Positions 50,871 through 64,000 of a stretch of 64,000 nt of DNA are shown piece after piece. The position numbers and the translations under genes were made by a program. Source of the DNA: Chara braunii. Its lineage: Eukaryota; Plantae; Charophyceae. The notes under the pieces were generated by a model that saw nothing but the letters and a program-made list of their open reading frames with translations, did not search any database and was not told the origin of the DNA. The stretch is from positions 11,738,966-11,802,965 of the forward strand of contig BFEA01000001.1 in the NCBI GenBank assembly GCA_003427395.1, given 5' to 3'. How positions within the stretch are numbered: position 1 is the stretch's first letter; each line of letters starts with the position of its first letter.

Positions 50871-52618
50871 ATCACCAGTGAGCAGAGTCTACTGATGTTC
50901 GTATGGGAGGAGACTTGAAGGGAGGCAAAGGGCTTGGTCCTGTTGACATGGTCCTTGATGCTACTAATTGTCCCTGGCCGGTATCGCCCACCTGCAGGTT
51001 GGAAGCAACCCCCACACGTTCGCTCATGAACAAGGTTCTGACTGCTACGAGATTCCCCCTAAGACTCTAATTTAGGAGTAGTGGTACGTAGGTAGTGTGA
51101 GGTGAAATTGGGAGAAAAATGTTGCTTACTTAAAAAAAAAGGGAAACAAAAACTTCCAAAAGTATGGCGCAGCGAGACTGAATATATGTATATATGTATA
51201 TATATATATATTTTTGTCTTCTCCTCATTGGGGAACAACCATATATTTTTCTCTCACCTCATATATTTTTAACTGACGTTTTTCCACAAGCATGTCATGG
51301 AATATATCTTTATGTCACTACCTACCTACCTCTATTCCTAAGGCTATACAGAGGAACCCTACAAGCATAACTTTCTACCTCTCTTTCATTTGTACCTTTC
51401 CTATATGCTAGTCGCAGGCACTGCGTGCCGGCCCGAAAATCAAGATTGGTCGCTGATTTGATTTATCGGTGGCCGCCTTCCATTTCAGGTCAGCGTGTTA
51501 CCTAACGCTCCTCTTAAAAAATAGCTAGGAAAAGTACCGGTGGTTTAATTAGGAGTAATGGTAGGTAAGTAGTATGAGGTGAAATTGAGAGAAAAATGTA
51601 GCTTAAACGATCAGTACTTGGCCTAACTATCGACCGCGAAAAAAAGTAAAGTAGAAAGGTTTCGAGTTAGGTGAATGTAGGTGCTCTTGTAGTGGCCCGT
51701 AGGTTTCCTAAAATCACGACTTGTTAATTAGCACGACTTTAGGAAATACTGGTGGTTTAATTAAAATAATTATAAAAAAAAACGTTGAAAAGTATGGCGC
51801 AGTAAGCATCTCACCACACGGGTCTCGACCCACATGCCATCCGCACAGTTAGGTGTGACAGGGTGGGACCGATATGATCCGTTGACCGTGAATTCGATAT
51901 GGGCGATGAGATGATACATCCCGCCTTTTTGTGGGGTAGCCCTAAGCCTTTGGTTATCTGATTGATTTGTTGTCATTGCTTTAGGGGTCCTATCTGAATG
52001 GAGAAAAATGGTCGTTGTTTTTTCCTCAACAGTGATTACGAGGACCGCTTATCACCAGGTTTTCTGTCGTTTTCAGTGTGGGCGTGTGTGTCAAAGTGTA
52101 ACTACAGAGGGGTGGATGTCCAACAATGTGAGACAGTGATTTCGAGGAATATGATGTAACACGGGTTAGAGCCAAATTGCATGACTTGACATCCACGAAA
52201 AATCTGACTGAATCTGGATAGAAACAGAGTTCAAATGCATTCAAAGTGTTGGGGATGCGAGTGATGCATCTGGGTCATTAATATAGCCGCAGATTAGTCA
52301 ATACACCCAATAACTGATAAAATGCATACGCAGTATAAAGGTTTGACCCGACATTACACATGTTTTGTTAGTTTCTTAAAATAACGAAAAATGAGGGTGC
52401 GCACCGTATGAGACGTGACATAAAATTTGCATCCCATATTCCTAACCAAGGCAGAGTTTCCACGACACACGTGTCAGTTTGTTCTAGGCGTCCTTGGTCC
52501 TGGACATCGAAGGCATTTTCCAACAAACACCTGGAGGGTCTCTAGAAGGCACTCCCGTACCACTGTCACACATTCTTCTAAACCACGGATATCACAAACC
52601 ATCCCCCCCGGACATGGG

Positions 52619-52676
<58 letters not shown>

Positions 52677-52920
52677 TTCTTCTTTTTCATTGATGGGATG
52701 CTTCCTGACTCTTTCAAGAATTCCACATAGGAACCCTGTTAGGCTCTGCGGTCCAACTTCCACGAAAAATATCAAAGGAAATTCGTAACCAGAAATTATA
52801 TATTGTATACCACGGGGGTGTGGGGAACACAACCCTAAGGGGTGAAGGTTTTTCTTTGACAAGAAAGAGAGAAAGAGACGCAAACAATTGACTAAAACAA
52901 GGATAAGACAACAAGCGCGT

Positions 52921-53015
<95 letters not shown>

Positions 53016-53239
53016 CCTGGTATAATACTCGATCACAATATTTCTCTCTCCCTGTCTGTGTCAAAAATTCTCTCTTCCCCAAGTGTATGTGAATCCTCTC
53101 TATAAGTGTGCGGCGCGCACCAAAGTGACCAGGCCACGTGTTGTAATTGTCACTGATATGCCTGCGTATGTTTAAGTCGCCAGACTGTGCTCTATTGATT
53201 ACATGAGTAGTAGAAGATGATAAGTTGTGGTCTTGAACC

Positions 53240-53286
<47 letters not shown>

Positions 53287-53311
53287 AGGTTAACAACAGT
53301 CGTATTTTTCA

Positions 53312-53640
53312 TCACCACTTCAGGACACTCTTCGCCACTTCAGGATGCAGCCTGCCTAAACATGTGGTTTTCAGGGTCTTCGGAGCTTTCACCACTTCAG
53401 AACCATTCAGGTATGCATCCTCAAGTGCTGAACGGTGGTTTTCATGGTTTTCGGACCTTTCACCACTTCAGGACCATTCAAGATTTTCAGACTGCCCAAA
53501 ACTCTCACTTGACAACTTCAGGACACCCTTCACCACTTCAGGATGCAGCCTGCCTAAACAGGTGGTTTCCAGGGTCTTCGGACCTTTCACCACTTCAGGA
53601 CCATTCACAATTTTCAGACTGCCTAAAACTCTCACTTCAT
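53312..53640. repeat. CACCACTTCAGGA-based tandem duplication
   Basis: Motif CACCACTTCAG recurs 7 times in two ~200-bp units. Confidence 0.85.
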
Positions 53641-53684
53641 AATTTTCATTCCTGAATTTTCAGCTACCCGATAACCGCTTGTGG

Positions 53685-53727
<43 letters not shown>

Positions 53728-53787
53728 NNNNNNNNNNNNNNNNNNNNNNNNNNNNNNNNNNNNNNNNNNNNNNNNNNNNNNNNNNNN

Positions 53788-53882
<95 letters not shown>

Positions 53883-54548
53883 TGTATATGAAAAAATCAT
53901 CTCGATCCTCTTCTTCGAACATCGTGCCGACAAATCTATGCAAACAACTACTCTCCATAGTTTTTGTCTTTTTTTTTTTCCTTCAATTTTTTTTTTTAAT
54001 ATGTGTTATCCTTGCACGTCTGCTACACTAATCTTTTTAGTATCATTCCAATTTCAAAGGATCCTCGCTCCCCTTAGTTTCCACCGTGAGTCCAAACACA
54101 TTCCACACGCGGCAACGACGATACAAAAGTTTTTGAGTCGATCATTTGACTCAGTAAATGTATTTTTGCGCCTGATACTGTCGAGAAATAGTCCACCCCT
54201 TCAAAATTTAATTTTTGGGGTCCAACTGAAATGGAGGACCAGTCCTTCAAATTTATAAGGTACTGGTTTTACGAGTGATAGTTTTTGGTCGTCCACAAAA
54301 ACGCGAAGGACCAGTCCCTCGACAAATTCAACCTCCAAAGAACCCTCTTATCCGCCGTTCTGCGTCATTAACTTAGATGAGACCGGACCATTCGAACGCC
54401 GAAGAGGGCCATACAAACGGTCCCCCAACCACCCGTACGACTCGTTCAAATGACCTTTCAACCAATTTTTCAGGTCTTTCGGGAATCTAATGGCGAGGGG
54501 GACTTGCAGGTGTGGGGGGGCATCCTACACACACATACAAATACACAC

Positions 54549-54580
<32 letters not shown>

Positions 54581-54606
54581 GTATATACACATACACATAC
54601 ACACAC

Positions 54607-54648
<42 letters not shown>

Positions 54649-56179
54649 ACGCGCGCTGGGGGAGAGACAGAGGGAGCACGCACGCTTCCTCGCATAGCTG
54701 TGTGCTGATTCGCTTGTTTTTTTCTTTTTTTATCAACCAATCAATTAATCGGTCAATCAATCAATCAATTAACAAACAGTCAGTCATGAAACCGTCAAAC
54801 CCCCCACCAGACCCTCTCCCTTTGGACTGTGCAGGGTTTGGACAGACCTGTTTTGTACGCTCGTCCTACCATTCAGCCGACCGTTCGAACGGTCAGTCTA
54901 TAAAATCCTCGTACAACGTACTGCGATATACACGGTCATCGGTCGCCTGCTGTAAGAAATATGCCACCTTGACACAAACCTCATAACTCATTATACCGCA
55001 ACCCATAAAGCTACAAATATAGTTGTGTTGTCGGAGCAAAAACCCGGACAAGGGTATCTACCCGGTATTTTTAAAAGTCGAACGGTACCAACTTCTGTAA
55101 ACATTTTTTTGAATTCAATGACTTGATGAAACGAACATTTACCAAAAGTTCATTCATATTAGCCTATGACTGAAGGACATTTTTTTTTTCAACTTTAGTT
55201 TGGACGCTTGTAACTTTCGAGGATTGTGGCGGTAATTAGCAATGTGATCAGACAAACGTGATTTCTGATAGGGACATGGAAGCATACGATTACGAGAATG
55301 TTAAAAGTTATACCTACCTTACCTAAAATAATGAGTAGCCGTGTGATTCAGGGTTTAAGTAGGCGAAAAGGAATGACCGTGCCAGGAAATGGAGCCGTGG
55401 CGTGGGAAGAAAAAAAACATCTATTATTTTTATTTTTACTTTTTAATTATTGAGGCCTCGGGGTTCGATTATGCACCAAGGGTCTGGTGTACCAGACACT
55501 TCAACCTGGTGGATCGAGTCCCTGCCCAAGTCGTAGGTAGATGGTTGGTCATGAGGAGGGTTGGGGGAGGCAGGGTATGCCACACCGCACATGTCCTGCT
55601 GGGTGAAGACCTTCAAATAGAGGAGCTTCCCTTTCAACTTTCGTGAAAGAAGTTAGCGCAGTAGGCTAACGCATAAGACTATCATGCCGTAGATATAGGG
55701 AACGAGACCTGATTGTGCTAGTGGTCAAAGAAGACGATTGAGACAGTAACTTATCGCCCATTTTAACGGGCGTTCGTTTCTCTTCAAGGTAAGTTTTTTT
55801 TTTTTTTTTTAAGATTATTTTTTAAATTCTATTTCAGATTTTCTTGTTTTTTTTTTTAGATTCCCCCCTTTTCCTTTTGCTCGTACGAACTGCCTCGGTG
55901 CCCGTTCGCTTCGACGAATGGACCGAGATAGGTTCCATCAATAGGATGAACAACACACCTGCCGATAGGTGAGTCTCCAACCTCGCCACTGGCCTCACGC
56001 TACTTCCATCGATAGGATGAGAAAAATTGAATGAATCTACAACCAGAACATGGAAATATACACTACTATACTTGTGTGTGTGTGTGTATAAGATGAGTAA
56101 ATTCGAATGAATCTACAACCATAACATGAAAATATGCATTACTACACTTGTGTGTGTGTGTGTGTGTGTGTGTGNNNNN

Positions 56180-56243
<64 letters not shown>

Positions 56244-57324
56244 TGGCGTTCGCTCGTTTTTGAACGACGAACAACCAGTTCATGGAAAAAAATAAATAAA
56301 AAAATGAGGCGTAAGTTGGCGCTGTAAGACGTGACTGAGGGATTTAGTCCCCAACACAGCTCTAACGGCGCCGTGTTAAACGGACAACCGTTTTCAAGTA
56401 AGTTTCATTCTTTTTATTTCTCTTTTTTTTGTGTATTTTTTTCGTTGTTCCTACTCGTTCGTTTCGAAAAACGGGTGAAAAACGAGAAAACATTAAAAAG
56501 AAAAAAAAGAAAAAAAAGGAGGAAAAAAATGAGTCTGAGGAATCGTGAGGCCCCATGGAGCGGCGAGTGAGGGAGGCTACATCGTTTGCAACTAGATTCG
56601 AACGTCGGTCTGCGTTTCAGTAGACGAGGTACCTTTGGTGCACCACAATTAAGCCAACCTCGTTGGCAGGGCCAAAAGTGACGGGAGAACGGTTGTTTTT
56701 TATTTTTCTTTATTTGTTTTCTTTTTTTGTCATCTCGTTTTTTCCCTTGCTGAGGAAAAACGAGGCTGCTAAAAAGCAGCAGAAGGAGAGTGTGTGTGTG
56801 CACCAGACCACTGTCGAAACCAGGTTCTCAGATGGTTTGTTGCACTTTGTGCAACAAACTATCTAGGGAGCTAACTCTCAATCTGGCCAGGTTTAGGGGG
56901 AAATGCATTGCTGAGGTTGGGCCTCAACAATAGCAAACCAACAAGGGAGGGGTTGGATACAACCTCTCCTTGGTGAGCTAACATCAGAAAAGGAGCCATG
57001 CCCTTTTTGTAATGGATGGACCTGGCCTTTTGGACAATGTAGGGCTAATGGATGCCCTTGATCACACTTGGAAATCAAGGGCTCAACGTGAGCTCGAAAT
57101 TTTGGCCGAGGGCTTAGGCTGCCACCACCTTCTCCCTCAACTATATAAGCAGCCAGTGCCCCCAACTGCCTCAAACTTGTGAGGCAACGATGGTGCTCAT
57201 TTGCTAGGAAGCAAATGCTGCATCTCCTGAGGGGAGAGGCTGCAGGAGTCTGAGGGAGAAGTGTTGAGGGAGATGGTGATCTGCAAGTGAGGGGGGGATG
57301 CTGTTGGGATAGTGGTGGTCTGCA

Positions 57325-57465
57325 AGTGGAGTGAGAAGAGAGATGTTATTCAACTCCATGGTGGGCCGCATAGTGAAGTGAAGAAGGGAGATGCTGGCCA
57401 ACTCCATGGTGGGCTGCATAGTGAAGTGAAGAAGGGAGATGCTGCCCAACTTCATGCTGGGCTGC
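57325..57465. repeat. 51-bp tandem repeat x~2.7
   Basis: CAACTCCATGGTGGGC.GCATAGTGAAGTGAAGAAGGGAGATGCTG units. Confidence 0.85.
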
Positions 57466-59183
57466 GTGTTGGAGTGGAGAGCGAAACTGCTGCCGGAATT
57501 TTGAGTGATCGGCAAGGTGTGCGGAGGTGGTGAAGAAGGTGGCTATGGTGAATATGTGAGGGCTTAACAAGCAAGTGGGGGAGAGTGAGGGGAAAGGAGT
57601 ACACAGGTGTGTACGAATTGGGGGGGGGGGATCAGGTGTAGTTGACAACTATCGGCGGTCCAGTTGGAGAACGACAACGGGTGGTTGGCAAAGATGTCGG
57701 CGGCCATAGCTGTAAGCTTGGTGACTGAGTATTTGCGGCGTCGTCAGCCATAGCTGCAAGAAAGTGTGGTTGTTGTGTGGCTTGGTGGTAAAAACTTGCT
57801 GTTGCGGTAAGAATTGCATCACAAGTTGGTGGTGGTCGGCGGTCGTTTGAGTGAACTTGACGACCATAGACGATGAGCTTGGCGGCCATAGTCGGAGGAG
57901 GGTGGTGACCTTGGGAACAACAAAAGGAGCTGGGAAGATTGTTTGAACGTCATTTACTCAAGGTCAGTGGAGGACTCAGGTTCTCTCTTTCCCCTTCACC
58001 TCGTTTGCACCCACACTTTGTATGAGGTGTGAGTGACTGTGGTAAACGGAGAAAAAAATGGAATCCTTACTGTACGTGGGGAATTGTCTTTTTTTTTTTT
58101 TCTTCCTTGAAATTGTAATGGTTACGGTGTATGCAGGTGTGTGGAGAAAAAAATGTACGTTTGGGAAAAAAAAAAAGACAGTGGATGGTTTGTATGAGTT
58201 TTATTATTCTTTTAATTTTCTTTCCTTGAACTTCACCTAAAATATCTCGTTTAAAAAAAAGAAGTAAACGGGGTCGAGGGGGAAGAAGAAAATAAAATAA
58301 AATAAAGAAGATGGTGAAAGGTTAAAGAATGTAGCCATTCTCCCAAGGCAACCCGTTCTATCCCAAATGCCCATTTTTTTTTTCCGACACCCTGTCAGTT
58401 CCTCATCCTTTTTCGTCTAAGCTTCCAAAGTCGTATGAGAGGACGAGACAGATAATTCCGCTCAGGCCTGATCCTCTTGCGCTCTAGGAAGCATCCAAGG
58501 GGGGAGTTAGTATGCTTTCATAGCCGACCCCATTATCGACTTGAACGGGACCCAACTCGTCGGGGGTGGTACTTCACCGATTCGGTGGTAACGGGCCAAT
58601 CTCTGAGTCCGAGTCTTCTAACCCGGGCGAGAGGAAGGAGTATCCACAGACCACATCCTAAGGGGTTGAGTGCATGATGGCGCAGAATAGGTCGATCCTC
58701 CTCGAGTCCTGGGCGACGCGGGGCTGAGTTAGTGCCCTTGTGAGTGGTCATTTTAGGTGTCACCATTAAAAAAAAAATTGGAGAGAAGAAGTTCCAACCC
58801 ACTGAAGGGTTGTCTTCAAAGCGAACGCTTGCAGGAGCCGCAATCATGGGCAGGTCCACGTCACAAGAAGCGTGAGCCTCGTGGGTCAAAGGGGAAACAT
58901 AGTTGACTTATTTTGAAAAGATAAAAGGCAAGTTTTGACCTTTAGTCTTGTCTCCTGACAAAGGAAGTCGTGTGGATCATTCACAAACTCGGATGTCGCA
59001 CGAGCCGACGATGACCGTTTTGTTTGATACACGTAAAGAGGCAACAAAATGGTTACCACAGTCATAAGAATTGCAAGCTACTTTGACTAGGGTGGGTCGT
59101 TTCGTTTATGACTCATCTCAGGATTTTTCTGAACGGGATATGCCTTGTTTCTAGGGGCCAATTTAAGGAACCCCCCATGTAAT

Positions 59184-59527
59184 AACTGCCATTTTGTCAA
59201 AACGAACATTTTTTATTTTTTGAACGAAATTGAAACTGAGTTTTTTTGCCGAAAACTCGTCAAAATTTGCTATTCCTAAAGGTCCAACGTTTTACAAACG
59301 CTGGACCCCCTGGTTGTACATAGACCTAGCTTGAGACCAGGCACCTCCAGGCAGGACTGCCTGGAGGAACCTGGTCTCAAGCTAGGTCCATGTATAGCCA
59401 GGGGGTCAAGCGTTTTACAAACGCCAGACCCTCAGGAACAACAAATTTTGACGAGTTTTGGGCAAAAAAACTCAGTTTCAATTTCGTTCAAAAAATAAAA
59501 AATGTCCATTTTGACAGAATGGCAGTT
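59184..59527. mobile_element. 344-bp near-perfect palindrome (foldback/MITE), candidate 4-bp TSD TAAT
   Basis: AACTGCCATT.TGTCAAAA...CCTCCAGGCAG-GA-CTGCCTGGAGG...TTTTGACAGAATGGCAGTT; arms about 170 bp with a 2-nt loop; TAAT on both sides. Confidence 0.8.
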
Positions 59528-59821
59528 TAATAATATTTTTGTAAGGAGACAGTTAAGGCACAATATACGCTATGACTTTGCTCCAACGATAAGGGACGTA
59601 CGTGGAAACTGCCCCGGAGATAAGATGGTTTCTCGTTTGATTGCTCCTACATTTCAATGAGCGACATAATCCGTTTCATCTTTTAGAGCATACCCGACAG
59701 ATCCGGGCTAATCGGTTCAATAGGGTTTGCACCGAGATTTTCATCCCAACACAACTTAAGAATGAAGAGTGCAGACTCTTAGAACTCATCAGGGGTTGAC
59801 TTCGTGATTTCCTTGTGACAG

Positions 59822-60373
59822 ATGAACGCAGCACGATGATACCTAATTATCTTGAGGTACTTGTTAGTGCGAGATACGGCAGAGGAATAACTCATTGTGC
59901 AAGTGGAGCGGTTGTCGATGGTCTTCGATGACACGCCAACGCAATGGTATGGATTCATTGGTATAGTCAACGATGAGAGAGGATTTTTCCCAGAAACGCG
60001 TGCGAATATCCGAGCGAACGTGATGTGGCGGTCCGACGAGCTCCACCGATATACTTTGTATTTCCATCGAGTTAGTGATATAATGCTACTCTCACGAGTG
60101 ATCATGGGAATGAACATCACATCCTCTGGTAACCGTCGTGGTTTCGTATGGATATTAAATACGACCACGAACCGCTTATTCAGGATGAGCATACATTTTC
60201 GTGCCATTGTATGGAGACTTGCCTATCGAGCAGCGACGCTTTATAGCACACAGGAGGTTTGGGTACGACGCGAGATCCTCACTACGACGCTGATTTTCAA
60301 TGAGGATGAGCTGGCGAGATTGGACCAATTGGAGACACAAGCTTGGGCTGACCGACAACTGTATAGCGAGTAA
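59822..60373 (+). pseudogene. Possible decayed exon or ORF of unknown protein
   Basis: 158-aa non-repetitive ORF extends upstream through two in-frame stops to ACAG|ATG; no recognisable domain. Confidence 0.3.
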
Positions 60374-63324
60374 GGTGCAACGGGCGAACGACCATGTGAG
60401 TCATGGTTGTAAGTTACCCTGAAGCTTAGGCTATTGGCCTCGACTAAAAAAAATGGTAATGTAAAAAATAAAAAAAAGTTTTATGTAGGTAGGTCTCACC
60501 GAATGGATAGTATTCAGATTACCCGAATGATCTCACTATTATGCTTTGGCATTGAGGGGTAGTCGTACGTGCTTCAATGTATGTTAAGAGTAAGTTGATT
60601 GAAGTAAAAAATATTCCACCAAGAGGGGTAAAAATCTGTTATGAAAAAAAGTAGGCAGAATGTCAGGCATCCGGGCATGCGTTGGACAACCATGACGTCT
60701 GACATGATATTGATGCCTCTTTGCACGAGAAAATGTTTTTTCCTTGGATTGCATGGAGGTAGTACGATTAAAACAGAGAGCGAAAAGGAAAAGATGAAGT
60801 ACACCTTTGAGTTTAATCATCATACATTGATGATAAACCCTTCAACATCATGCGATAACATTACGAAGTTACACGAAGGAAAATAAGATGACAATGAAGG
60901 TGACGGTTCTCTTTGCGCAGTGATAACGACTGCGACTTTGTTTGGAGTATCCTTATGGTGAAGGTGTGTACTTCATCATGAGGAACGAAAAAAGTAATTA
61001 TTGCACAGGAGGACAAAACAACCAAAAAAAATTATAACCAAACCTTACCTCGGGCGAGCTGCATAAGTTGTCGAAGACAAGCTAAATCATGGATCTGAAC
61101 TTATGTTAAAGGTTAAACCTTACTTTGATAAACATGGTAGCAGTGATATTTACTTGCAGAAGTCATTCATGGTAGGGTTCCGTATGTGTATCGACGAATA
61201 TACTCATACATCCAGTGCCAGGTTGTTCTTTTCGTAATCGTTCGTTAGTAGAGAGCCTCCGCCTTGGAAGTGGCGGAATAAAAGTTTCTTCAGTCACATA
61301 GGTTAGGAATAATAACTTTGACAAATCATCTCATCAAGTCGAAAACCGGTCAGGGTTGGTTTCCACGTCAATTTGAAGTTCTTCTCGATACGACCCGAAC
61401 TGAACTTTTGTGGTTGAAAATAAGGTGTATTGGTTTTATTTGTTTTCAGAGAGTTGTAAAGAGACTATGATTATTTTGTGGGTATCATCCTTGGTTGAGA
61501 CCGTCATAGTTGACTGACTTTCATTTCGTACCTAGGAGATCAACGCCATAGGGAATGAACGACGTTCGGTTCCATTTGGTGTTTAGCCAAGCATATCTAT
61601 ACTACAGTGAACGAGTAAACACCCTCGGTTAACCTACCTCTATAACTGTATGTAAATTTTTTTGCAAGTGGGTCAGTAGCTCAGTAAGGATACGCCCTTA
61701 AGAGTGGTGACAACCCCTTAGGGAAGGCAAGTTGTTCCCCTTATAAACCTATCCTTCCGTAGGGGACCGCGAGAAGTACAGCTGGCGCACCCAGCTAGAG
61801 CGGCGAGGTGGCAACGCAACGTTCGTTTAAGCGGTTCATGAAGTTATTTTGCGTTGTTCCCAAATTGTTTCTTATGTTGTTATATTTTATTTTGTTTAAC
61901 TCCTGCGTGACATTGCTGGGAGGGTTCTCGCCTTTGTGAAAAGGTGGGAGCAGATGCACTCGACAACGTAAAAGTGTGGCATACAAGTATGTTACTATTC
62001 CAATTTTCTACTATTTTGCGATGATTTATTACAAGGCAAATTTTTTTTTTTACAATCTATTTAAATTTGCATGATAAACCTTTTCGACAAGAATTGTGTA
62101 GACTTTGAAAAATTGAGAGGATAAGACAAGTGAGGAAGAAACATGATAGTCTGACATGACGAACAAGTCCGTTCTGATTTTTTGTCTTTCTATGGATATT
62201 ATTTCAAGTTACTCTCCTCCACAAGTTGATTTATGCAGAGATAATGATATTCAATAATATTATGTCATTGTTGATGTGGTAATGTGTAGGATCAAACTGG
62301 CGAAAAATTGTCAAACGATCATATCGTTCTTCTGTTTTGTCATTATCAATATAAACGTGATCAATTTAATGTTAGTAAGCGGTTATTGGAAAAATGTTTG
62401 GTTTTGCATTTTCATAGTATTGTCGTTTTCCGTCTACGATGTTTAGCTTTGCAAACATGGTTATCTTTGCCTCAAACTCATCTTGCTTTCAAGCACGATG
62501 TGTATTGTTGGAAGTTTGAGGATCTTCTTTGTACCTTCGCTGTTGTTCGAGCATTTCGTGAGCCGATGTCATGTGTCGGGTTATGTTTAGTTTTGCCTTA
62601 AACTCATCTTACCTCCAAGCGTGATATTTATTGTTGGAAGTTTTAGAACTTTTTTTTTTTTTTACCTTCTCTACTATATGAGTATTTTGTGACAAGAGGT
62701 CATGTGTCGGGTTATGTTTAGTGCCTGAAATCAAGTGGTCGTGGTTGCAACCTGCTCGACCCATTTATGCCCGAAAAGCCTGGTCCAAGGACAATTTTGA
62801 AACATGTAGGTGCAGTTAGGGTTCAACGCGGTGGTGGTATAACCCGACTCGGGACATAGTACAACCTCATAACAAGATATACATTCAGTTGGATGTGTAC
62901 GTTAAAGTTTTTAAAGACATTCAGAAGATTTGAAAAACCTCTGATGTGGTGGGCGGCGATAATATGCTGTACCTGAAGATTTGTGAAGCTCGTCACTTCG
63001 ATTGTATTTGGCAGGGAAACGACTTTGGGGCATGAAGCATAAACCATTGTTTAAAATGATAAACTTTGAAATTGGGGAACTCCTAAGAGGCATTTGAATG
63101 ACAAATTGTCGGGATAGGAAGCGCCCCCAACCATGCTGGCGCACACGCACATCCTGGGTTAGAGAGAGTTGGGGGGGGGGGAGGGACAAACCACATTCAT
63201 GTTTCAAGTTACAAAAGAAAGGATGGTGTATGGTGGGTCAGGGTAAATCTAGGCATCCAAAGTCGTATAAGTTAGTTCTAATCGGATTGCGTGCAGTTGG
63301 GCATTTTTTAATGATTCACGGCTG

Positions 63325-63985
63325 AGTTTGTCTAATTCTACAAAAACGTCTGTCCAATTTTGACAACTGGTCAAAAAATGTATTTGCAGTTGGGATTGGG
63401 TACAATTGTAGATTTTTCTGTAAATCGGTTGTGGGTCAGATCCAATTCACATTAAACACAAGGATGGTCAATCGATTGTGGCTCAGATCCAGTTCATATT
63501 AAACACAAGGATTGTGAGCACAAGTTATGTTGTATACTTTCTCGTGTTCTTTTGACCGTTTTCAAGTTCACTTACAAAAAAACCCTATAATTAATTGCCT
63601 ATGACTCTTCACTCAATTGACTTACTGTGAGGGCATGAATGTGCAACTCATAGTTTGTCTGCGAAAACGTCTGTCCAATTTGAACAACTAACAAAAAAAA
63701 ATATTTGTTGTTGGGATTGGGTACAATTGTAGGTTTTTTTACAAATCGGTTGTGGGTCAGATCTGGTTCATATTAAACACAATGGTTGTGAATCGGTTAA
63801 GGGTCAGATCCAGTTCACATTAAACACAAGGATTGCGAGTACAAGTTATATTGTATCCTTTCTCGTATTCTCGTGACCGTCTTCAAGTTCACTTACAAAA
63901 GAGGCCTATAATAAATTATCTATAACTTTTCACTCAATTGAGTTATCGTGAGGGCATATGTGTGCAACTCGTAGTTTGTCTGTTG
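63325..63985. repeat. Tandem duplication, ~320 bp x2
   Basis: AAAACGTCTGTCCAATTT...GTGAGGGCAT..TGTGCAACTC.TAGTTTGTCTG twice. Confidence 0.9.
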
Positions 63986-64000
63986 ATGTGGTTGGTGAAC

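Noticed and set aside
51408-51432. Helitron 3' end (hairpin + CTAG, minus strand)
   Set aside because: Hairpin only ~2 nt from CTAG, no T after CTAG, and no matching 5' end identified.

Overview
Eukaryotic, repeat-rich genomic window with assembly gaps and long AG/AC microsatellites. The combination of a plant-type ELP1, an epsilon-tubulin, plant-type U6 sequence and very large introns suggests a streptophyte with flagellate sperm, most plausibly a charophyte such as Chara (inference). Two host genes are supported, both on the minus strand. ELP1 (Elongator subunit 1) has four exons at 15744-15550, 11663-11307, 8542-5906 and about 1399-925, and continues past the left edge; exon 4 is corrupted by a Nextera mate-pair junction adapter and a 191-bp artefactual duplication. 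Epsilon-tubulin is an uninterrupted ORF at 30398-28665. The rest is mostly decayed mobile DNA: an L1/Tx1-type LINE RT fragment abutting a Ty3/gypsy chromovirus pol remnant, MITEs and palindromes, tRNA-derived SINE-like heads and many local tandem duplications. Most notable observations: (1) the tubulin gene is bracketed by decayed tandem copies of its own start and its own stop; (2) an 18S rRNA fragment has 5'-inverted, twin-priming-like retrocopy structure; (3) three U6-derived copies lie within 17 kb; (4) a decayed multi-RING-finger locus is nested in an ELP1 intron. No clearly new biological system can be demonstrated from sequence alone.
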